A DNA stretch of 46,670 bases, counting the filler, from Jimgerdemannia flammicorona (Eukaryota): assembly GCA_003990765.1 (NCBI GenBank). It is 2 parts of 2 records of this genome, joined end to end, with 100 filler letters (N's around TTAATTAATTAA, not from the genome) between each part and the next. Parts side by side here need not be neighbours in the genome. Positions count along the whole stretch, not along the records: positions 23,389 to 46,670 come from RBNJ01001125.1; 1 more part is not named here. One strand, written 5' to 3'. Below the pieces are notes generated by a model. That model ran no database searches, was not told the DNA's origin, and saw only the letters and a program-made list of their open reading frames with translations. The position numbers and the translations under genes are program-made. Of this stretch, positions 37,664 to 46,670 are shown one piece after another. Numbering within the stretch: position 1 is the stretch's first letter; the number at the start of each line of letters is the position of its first letter.

Positions 37664-38500
37664 ATGCCTGCTGCTCACCAAACCTTAAGGTCAAGGAACC
37701 ACCAAGGTATCTCAGTTGAAGAAAGGATATTCTAAGACATCAGAAGAGCCATGAGGACCCACACAAGAAGGACTCCTAGTGTCAACCTGAGTACTGGTGA
37801 CTCTTATCACTTTATCCTCTATTGCTGTAAAATAGAAACAAGGATCACCATTACTACTGAATACCTCTAAATATGGCAGGAGTATGAAACAGGAAACCTC
37901 CTCTGCTGGGAGTTCTTACAGGCCAGCTCTCAAGAGTTACAAGATGCCACTCCTATGGATATATGTAAAACAAGAACAGTTAAGAAGATCTATCAGATCT
38001 TCAGACATACATCATAGTCAATTCCCAACTTGGAGTATGTTAGAGTCTCAGTCTTCAGAGATCTATCAGCCTACCATATCAATATACTAGAAGTCAGAGT
38101 GGCTATAGAAGCCCAGTCTACTATCACCCTTAATGGTGATAAAGTAGAAGACTTCTGGTATTCCATTCTCCAGAACAACCTAGATCAATTTCTATAAGAA
38201 TTGATCTCAGTATTCCAAGGCCCAAGCATCCAGGTTAGACCTCTCCAAGACCCCATATTTGTTCTCTATTTTGTAGAAGAGAATCTCATAGACTGGAGAG
38301 CTCCAGACCTTCTTATTCCTACTGCTGCCAAATGTGATGACATCATCAGTGATGATGTCATCCTACATAATATATGCAAAACATGTGACCTATGTGATGA
38401 TAATGAGATGGACAAAACATTCATGAACCTCATCTCCTTTGAAGACATCCTGATCTCTGATGAGGATAAAACCCCTATGATCTTGAACATTCTGCTCTAA
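37664..38500 (+). pseudogene. Accessory ORF-X inside U3 of family B 5' LTR
   Basis: ATG 37664 to TAA 38500 in one frame (278 codons, four stops TAA/TAA/TAG/TAA): RIF*DIRRAM...HFILY...IWQEYETGNLL...KKIYQIFRHTS*SIPNLEYV...DLS...ELISVFQGP. Main TATA ~38795 and AATAAA ~38823 lie downstream. Confidence 0.78.
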
Positions 38501-38540
38501 AGTCTCTTAGTTATACTGAATTATGTCAGCACTCTTTTCC

Positions 38541-38564
38541 ATAAAAAAAAAAAAAAAAAAAAAA
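38541..38564 (+). mobile_element. Poly(A)-only retro-insertion with 15-bp TSD
   Basis: AT+A22 flanked by TCAGCACTCTTTTCC at 38526-38540 and 38565-38579; absent from the sister LTR (~36180). Confidence 0.9.
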
Positions 38565-41238
38565 TCAGCACTCTTTTCCTATATAACAGCTATTCCTCCA
38601 CTGGTATTCTAATGTAACTCAGAATTATTCCAGCACTATTTTCCTATATGACTGAAATTATACCAGTATCCTGAACCTATGCAACCATTAGTGCCAATAC
38701 TAGAACTTAGCAGTTATCTATATCCTGGCATTTTATTTTAGTTATTGGAATTCATATTTAGCTTCATATCTTAGCAACTATTGAATTATATTTTATATAA
38801 ATATCTCTCTTATTTCCTTCAAAATAAAGTCAGTTCCTCTCAGTATAATATATATAATTCCTTGTAAGCAATCTAAGAGATAACAAGACAGTTTAAAGAT
38901 AAGAAGTTTGAGAACTATAAGATCTTAGAAAGGTACTCCAATAAGAACTTACTTATAACAAACTTAAGTTAATCTAAGAGATACACCTTGAAGAGAATCT
39001 GGTATATTTGAAAGACTCAGTAATCACTACATGACAACTTGGTATCCATTGGCTGGTGATTCAAGATGAATCTCTCACTTTCAAGCTGAAAAATAAACAA
39101 CCACTACAACAACTACTCTGACTACAAGAGTCACCTCTGTAAGAATTCAAGATAAGATAGAAATATATCCCCCCACATTCTATGAATATACTACTGAAGA
39201 GTCAATCCTGACCTTTATTGAAGACTTTGAACAATTTGCCACCATACAAGCCCTTGGTGTGGATGCACAATTGGCCCTTCTACCAGTCAGCCTCAGAGGA
39301 CCTACTAGAGACAAGTTTAATGTAACCACTATTGCTAATAATGATGCAGCCAAACTTGCTAACATGAAGGCCTTCCTCAGAATAATATACTATACTGAAG
39401 AGATCAAGCAAGCTCTCAAGGATCAACTCAATACTATCTGCCAGGAACTCAGTGAAGATCCCAACTCATTCTATACTCAAATCTACCACCAGATTGTCCT
39501 GGCTGGCTATAATGATGCTCTCAAGGAACAAATAGCAGATTCAATCTTCCTTAAAGGAGTTCACTCTGAAATTGCCCTAGCAATCTAGTATACTCCAGCT
39601 GCACTGACCCTTGGTCAGAAAGTGGTCTTTGTACAAAGATATTGAACTGCCAGACATCTTGCCAAACACTCAATAGAGAAAATAACTGGCATCAAGATGG
39701 AGCCATCAAAACCAACTAGTATCATACCTACCACAGTTGTAAATAGACAACTATCCCCACCTACCCCCAAGACAGCCAAAGCTGATCCAGTGGAGGAACT
39801 TGCCAAGCAGTTTGCTGAGATGACTGCATACCTTGGTGATATTGTTAGAGAAGTCTGAAGCACCAACAGGAGACCAGTGCAGAGATTTTCAGCTACTATA
39901 GAAGAATGCAATATCACATACTTCAGATATAGAGAAGAAGGCCACTATGCAAAGAATTGTATGACCAAAACAAGATGCAAAGCCCAACCAAGCAATGCTA
40001 GCAGAACTAGAGAACAAACCAATACAGTAGTCATTGAGGAGATCAGTGATACTGATGATAAAGAATACTATGAGGAGTTTGAATTTTACCCTACTACTAA
40101 AGGTACCAGAACCCAGTCCAAGTCTTATGACAAGAAGAGCAACAGCAAGCCAGTTGGAAGACCAAAGAAGATCCCAGCTATCACTATTCAAAGCAAGACT
40201 CAACTCAAGAAGATTGATCAGGACATAGAGTTAGATGAAGCTGCCTACCAAATCATTGAAGGCACTACTCCAGTCTCAGGAGAAAGTGAAAGCAAGAAGA
40301 AACAGAAGCTGTACAAGACCAAGATCCACTAGTATGATATCTATAAGGACCTTAAGGAACAGAAGATCAATGCTACTTTTGGACAGCTAGCTGAAGTGCC
40401 TGCCTTCAGACAGCAGTTGAGAGTAGGACTTGCAACTACTGTCAAGAATCAAGAGTATAGGATTGTAGAAGCTTACAATGCACAGGAAGAATCTGAAAAC
40501 TCAGGTGAAGAATCCAAAGACTAGTACAAGACATCAGCCATATCCCATGTCAGATTGAAGACTATATCTTTAATGCCATCATTGATACTGGTGCTGGAGA
40601 ATGCCTCATGAATAAGAAGGCAATTGACTGCCTAGGCTGGGATATTGAAGAGTCTACCAAGATGATCTATGTTACAGCAGATGGTATATAAGCTACCCTC
40701 CTTGACAAAATCTGAGAAGTCTCCATCAAGATAGGAGGAGCTACTATCTCAGTAGATATGATTGTTACAAGTACCACCAACTATAATATCCTCATTGGCA
40801 ACTAATGGCTTCACAAGACCAAGGCCATCATTGATCTCAATGCCCAGAAGATGTAGATCAACTATAGAGAAAGAAAGGTATGAGTCTCTATCAATGTCCA
40901 CAAAAGAGTCTTACCAGACATAGAGAAAGGAGATGAAGAGGATACAGAGGTCTTCATGCACTCAGTGAACAAGAACAGGAACAAGACACCCAAGCTCACA
41001 GATGAGCAGTAGTATAACAAGATTATCAATAACTATGTCCCTCAAGGAAGATGCCTCCATAGTACTAGGATGTACTGCTCTGAACACCTGAATGACTGCT
41101 GGTTCTATATCAGTGAAGTCAGGAAAATCCACCAACAGAAATATGAGTAAGAAGCTGCCAAAGCAAAAAAGGAAAGCTGAAGAAGATGACCAGCCCCCAG
41201 AGCTTTAAGCTGACAGTAATGATGAACCAGATATCACC

Positions 41239-41649
41239 CTCAGGATTAAGAAGTTCTACCCCAAAGCCAAGATCCCAGAATACAAGACTGAAAAAGTCAT
41301 AGAAATAGACCTTGCCAGCATTCAAGATGCTACTCTTGAACCACAGACCACCACTCTACTTGGTACTAGAATTGGAGTCAAGCTGCCAGAGAACTATGCT
41401 GGAATTATCAAGACCAGGAGCAGTCTGGTCAAAAGTGAAATCTCAGTTGAAGGAGGAGTAATTGACTCTGATTACACTGGCAAGATCTTCCTCATAGTCA
41501 GAAATCATAACCCTACTACCCTATTTGAAGTCAAGAAGTATGACAGGATTGGCCAGATGCTGATCAACGAAATCAAGAAGCCCAAGATCACTGAAGCCAT
41601 CAAACTCATCAAGACTAAGAGAGGAGAACAAGGCTTTAGATCTACTGGA
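41239..41649 (+). pseudogene. dut: Trimeric dUTPase domain between protease and RT of element 2
   Basis: LRIKKFYPKAKIPEY...IDL...GIIKTRSSL...GGVIDSDYTGKI...DRIGQM...RGEQGFRSTG. Confidence 0.92.
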
Positions 41650-43120
41650 AGAGGAGCCTATACTACTATCAAGATTACTGAACTTGAACACAAGAAAGAC
41701 AAGGACCAGAGTAAGCACATATATACTATTGGAGAAAACTTTCTCCTGGAAGAACAACTTCTCAAGATCCTGCACCATAATGAAGGAGTACTTGCTACAG
41801 ACTTTAGGGATATCTACAATCAAGAACCCAAGTACTATCATGAAGTTGACACTAGTGATACCAAGCCCATCTACCAGAAAGCCAGATCCATACCACCTGC
41901 CTATAGAGAATGGCTGTGAGCAGAACTCAAGAAAATGGAAGAAGCTGGAATCATCAAGCAAGCTATCAGTCTCTGGGCTTCACTCATTGTCCTCACCCCA
42001 AAGAAAGGAAGCAAGTCTGGAGAGTTTGTATCAAGACTCTGTATTGACTACAAGAAGCTCAATACCATCACCAAGAAGGATAGGCAGCCCTTGCCAAATA
42101 TTCAAGAAATCCTTACCACTCTTAGAAGTGAAGCCAAATACTATACTACCTTGGATCTGTTTTCAGACTTCCATCAGATTGGTCTCACTCAAGATACCAG
42201 TGAGAAATCAGCCTTCATCACATCTGATGCCACCTATATCTACCTGTGAATGCCATTTGGAATGTGCAATACCCCAGCAAGTTTTCAGTAAATGATGAAC
42301 AGAGTCTTCAGCAATGAGATTGGAAAATAGCTCTTCATCTATATTGATGATATGATCATCTTCAGCAATACTATATGGGAATATATCAATTACATATAGC
42401 TAGCTCTCAAGAAGCTCAAAGAGCATGGTCTCTATATCAAGCCCAAGAAATATAAGTTTGCTACTCAGGAAATTGCCTACCTAGGATACCTCATCAACCA
42501 GACTGGAATCTACACAGACTCCATGAAGATTGAGGCTGTTGCAGCCTACTTGAGATCCAGAATAACTACAAAAGTCCATGCCTTCCTTGGACTGGCCAGC
42601 TACTATAGAAGATTTATCAAAGGATACTCCAACATTGCAGCACCTATCTATGAGCTACTGAAGAAGGAAACTAAATTTGAATAGACCAAGGAATGCCAAG
42701 AAACCTTCAATGAACTCAAGACCAGATTGATCCAAGTACCTATCCTCAGAAGACCAGATTGGAACCTAGAATTCATCCTGCAGACAGATGTGGGTGCTAT
42801 AGTACTTGGAGCAGTTCTAACTCAGAAGAAAGATGGACATGAATATGTCATCTCCTATGCAAGCTGAGGTACCTGTAGAGCAGAATAGAACTACAAGTCA
42901 TGCAAGCTTGAATGCTTAGTAGTAGTTTGGGCAGTAGACAAGTTCCACTACTACATATCTAGCCAGGAAATACTTCACTATTCAAACAGACCATTCCACT
43001 CTTGCTTAGCTATTCTACACTCTGAACCCCAAAGAAATATATACCAGATGAATCTACAAGCTGCAAGAGTATGACTATATGGTCAAGCACTACTTAGGAA
43101 GAACCAATACCAATACTGAT

Positions 43121-43512
43121 TAGTGCTCCCAAACAAGTCAAATCAATTCGAATCAAATCGAATTGAGGGTTAAACAAGTCAAATCGAATTGGGGATTTTT
43201 CAATTCGAATCAATTCAAATCAAATCAAAAGTCGAATTGAATTGAGGGTCTAATTTGAACCCTAATTTTCAAAATGCAATAACTCAGCGTAAACTCATCT
43301 AAATATAACATACTTTAGCTTGTTAGAATCACATTAATACGGTGAATCTAACAAGCTAAAATATGTTAAATTTAGATGAGTTTTCATTGAGTTATTATAT
43401 TTTGAAAATTAAGGTTTGAATCGAACTTTGAATCAAATTGGACCTTTGATTCAATTCGAATCAAATTGAATTGGACCCTTGATTCGATCGAATCGAATCG
43501 AGTTTGGGCTAA
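43121..43512. mobile_element. hAT-type MITE (left TIR, subterminal repeats, central palindrome); right end displaced by an LTR
   Basis: Starts TAGTGCTCCCAAAC (fits the hAT YARNG terminus). TCGAAT/TCAAAT repeats; imperfect hairpin 43254-43420. Confidence 0.72.
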
Positions 43513-46500
43513 TGTAATGGTTCTAGTTTCTAAATGAGGAAGCGACTAATTCTGGTGGTCCTAAGTAGCTCGAAGAGATACTAAGGATTCAAGTATTCTC
43601 GAAGGATTTCTGGGAGAAAATATTCTGAGCTTTATTCATGAGAACAAAGGGGTTATTTATACAAGATCTGAAAGAAGGATCTGGAAGGATCTGAGAAATC
43701 AAAGGAAAATGCCAAGAGGAAAGTTCTTGGCAAAGATGACAAATGATGACAAATAAAGTTCTACAAGTTTCCAGGACATTCAGTGACTAACTAAATAAGT
43801 ACTAGTTAATACTCGGCACCAAGAAAGGATTTCTAAGCATTCGGAAGGTACCAGAAGGTCGTAGAATATTGGAGAAAGACAAAGAAAAGGAATAAACTAT
43901 ACTAAAATGTTACATCTCCCCCTCCTTAAGAATCAATGTCCTCATTGAATTCTCAAAGTTACATATGATAAACAATAAGACTAAAAGAAACTTCAAATTA
44001 AATATACTGACTCATTGGCAAGGATTGGCCATTCTTGTATAAGGCGAGGGCCAAAGTATCATCTTGATCGGATGAGAACTGGTTCGAACCTCATTGGTTG
44101 CAGGATTTATAGGGTTCTCCTGTATCTCTTGCTTCTGATGCTGTATCCCTTAGAGAGCCCCGATGCGTAATGTGCCTGATCAGCACAGTAGGTCATCTAC
44201 TATCCAAGGGGAGAACCTCACGGGCAGTCAATGAGTTCCTTTTTGCTTGAACTCTTGGATGAGGTCTTGGGAGTTCTTGAGGTTGGCGGCAGGTTCCCAG
44301 GTAGCGTCATATTCAGGGTAGCCCATCCATTTGACTAGGTATTCTGTGTGACGGTATCAGACTCATTTGTCTAAGATTTTCTCGACTTCATACTCGATGT
44401 GGTCTTCAACTATGACTGGTGCTGATGGTGTCGGAATTTGGCCAGGGTATGGGGGTAACTGGTTCTAGGTCTTGAGTTGTGACACATGGAATACTGGGTG
44501 TATACGCATGGTTGTTGGCAAGTTGAGATGGTAAGACCAGATAGAGACTTGCTTGGTGATCTCGAAGGGTCCAAGGTACTTGGGCTGGAATTTGGCTAAC
44601 TGGCAGTTAACTTGAGATTGAGCCTTAATGTTGTCAGCTTTGAGTAGAACCATATCGCCAATATTGTATATGACATCTCACTGCTTCTTATCAGCATACT
44701 TAGCTTGATGTTGCTGAGTCTTTTGCAGATTCATAGTGGTGATCTTGAGAAGGGAATCCATTTTGTCGATAAGGTTCTGGGCTGTGGGGACTTGTGTGTG
44801 ACTGGATTGCTGGAATTGAACTAGACTTGCAGGGGTCTCAGGGTTTTGACTGTGAAGTAGCTGAAATGGGGAAAGGCCAGTTGATGATTGGTTGGCATTA
44901 TTGTAGATGAACTTGGCGTAAGTCAGATAGTGGTCCCAATCATCTTGCTCATAGGACATGTAGTTTCTGAGCATTTGTTCAATGTTCTGTTCATTCGCTC
45001 TATCTGTCCATCAGTTTGAGGATGGAAAGCTATAGACATAGCATTTTGGGTTCCAAGGGTCTTAAAGAGTGCTTGTCAGAAGTGACTTGTGAACTTGGGG
45101 TCGCGGTCGCTGATAATTACTCAGAGAAGTCCATAATGGTGGAAGACAGTCTTGAAGAAGATTCTTGCAATTTCTGGGGCAGTGGCATTGGTTGTGGTTG
45201 GCTCGGCAATTGTAATCTTGGTGAGACAGTCCACAAATACAACAATAGCATCATAGCCTGTTTTGGTTCGTGGGAGTTGCACAATGAAGTCCATTGTGAC
45301 TTGTTTGAACTTCTTGGTCGGAATTGACAAGGGTTGTAGAAGACCGGCAGGTGCTTGGTTGCTTGACTTGTTTCTTTGGCAAAGATCGCAGCTTTGGACA
45401 TACTCCTTGATTTCCTTGAGCATGTTTGGCCAGTAGTAGTCTCATTGGATATTCTTGATGGTCTTCTCAGTTCCAAGGTGGCCAGCTAGTGGGGAGTCAT
45501 GGTATTCATAGAGAATCTTATACCGTAGTTCAGGGTTAGCAGGAATATATACTTTGTCTTGACAGTACATGAGGTTGTCCTTGATGGTGTACTTTTCCTT
45601 GAATTCCTTGGTGTTCCTTTGTAGAACCAGAGAGTCTTGTTCATACACCTTCTTGATCTGGTTGAGGAATTCAGGTGCCATGGTGACTTGTAAAATTGCA
45701 GCAAGGTCAGGTCTCCTTGAAAGTGCATCTGGTACAACTAGAGTTTTGCCAGGCTTGTAGATGATGTTTGGGGTAAAGGTCTGAAGTAATTGGCTCCACT
45801 TGGCTTGTTGGCGAGAAAGGGTTGGTTGAGTGTTGATGTACTGAAGAGACCTGTGATCGGTGATCACGTCAAACTCAACTTCTTCTAGATAGTGTCGCCA
45901 GGTCTTGAGGGCATGCATGATTGCCAGGAGTTCCTTTTCATGAGTAGCCAGCTTTTGTTCTGCTGGGGACAATTTTCTTGACTCAAAAGCAATAGGTCAG
46001 TGTCCTTGACCATCATCTTGAGAAATGACTGTACCAATGGCAAAGTTAGATATATCTGTGGTGACCATGAACTTCAAGTTTGGGTCCATGTTTCTAAGGA
46101 CAGGTGTATGGGTCAGGCAGTTCTTGAGTTCTTGAAAGGCTTGTTGACAGAAGGCATCCCAGATGTAGGGAACATAGAGGTCAGAGTTGGGTTCCTTTCG
46201 CAGGAGGTTTGTCAAAAATTCTGCAATGCCAGAGAAGTTCTGGACAAATTGACGGTAGTATCCAGCTAGACCAAGGAAGGACCTAAGTTCAGTGAGGTTT
46301 GCAGGTACAGGCCACTGTTCAATGGCTTGTATTTTCCTTAGGTCTACTTGAATTCCTTTGGCTGATACAATGTGTCCAAGGTATTCGACTTGATCCTTGA
46401 AAAATTCACATTTCTTGAGCTTTGTATAGAGCTTGTTCTTATGGAGGATCTTGAGGACTTGTTCGATGTGCTTGAGGTGTTCTTCTTCGGTGCTACTGAA

Positions 46501-46670
46501 GATCAGGATGTCATAAATGTACACAAGTACAAAGATATAGAGCTGATCTTTGAAGACAGTTTGCATGAGATCTTGAAAGGTTGCTGGCGCATTGGTGAGA
46601 CCAAAGGCCATGACTAGAAACTTGTAGAGTCCAAAGGGTGTCATGAAGGCAGTCTTGGGTATGTCTTCTG
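43513..46670 (-). mobile_element. Chromovirus (Ty3/Gypsy) element 3: RT-RH-IN-chromodomain-PPT-3'LTR; 5' part outside the window
   Basis: [17 protein letters not shown] (decayed YIDD), HEKELLAI, YHDSPLAGHLG..CDLC, VTMDFI, KYLGPF, chromodomain EYEVEKIL...YLVKWMGYPEYDATWEP (44395-44250), PPT AAGGAGGGGGAGA 43927-43915, 402-bp LTR 43914-43513 (TGTAAC...ATTACA). Confidence 0.93.

Larger units (their letters stand above)
37408..43120 (+). mobile_element. Non-chromovirus Ty3/Gypsy family B element 2: 5'LTR-PBS-gag-PR-dUTPase-RT-RNase H, cut by a MITE
   Basis: LTR TGTAATGG...ATGACA 37408-39036, ACT + TGGTATCC PBS-like at 39040, gag, decayed knuckle YFRYREEGHYAKNC ~39919, IDTGAG 40581, RLCIDYKKLN ~42034, YIDD ~42340, LQTD...LGAVL ~42778. 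Confidence 0.9.

Noticed and set aside
23600..43140. The two TAGTGCTCC termini as ends of a single hAT element
   Set aside because: They face away from each other (a right end at 23617, a left end at 43121), their subterminal repeats differ, and the 8-bp flanks differ (CTCAGAAT vs ATACTGAT).

Overview
Eukaryotic, almost certainly fungal, repeat-dense window (an early-diverging/Mucoromycota-type fungus is inferred from the gene family at the left end). It is two contigs joined by an artificial N44-TTAATTAATTAA-N44 spacer (23289-23388). The only host gene is a disrupted, intron-containing Crinkler-type SAM + P-loop NTPase + restriction-endonuclease gene (1-2408). The rest is nested transposons: three G-rich L1/Tx1-like LINE copies, about five Ty3/Gypsy LTR-retrotransposon families (two chromoviruses, two lineages with dUTPase), solo LTRs and two hAT-type MITE pieces. 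Nearly all are eroded by C>T/G>A changes at CpG and also at CpA. Main observation: four different LTR-retrotransposon families (five copies) carry homologues of one accessory protein I cannot assign to a known domain ('ORF-X', core YxxGxxL...A..++.(I/L)F...I..L...T/V.....LS). It sits inside the U3 part of long LTRs in three families and immediately after integrase in the fourth. Otherwise dissimilar elements also share a small CxH-x12-CxxC module next to dUTPase (in mirror-image domain order) and a ~230-bp module between integrase and the PPT. All translations and alignments were done by eye; no database searches were run.
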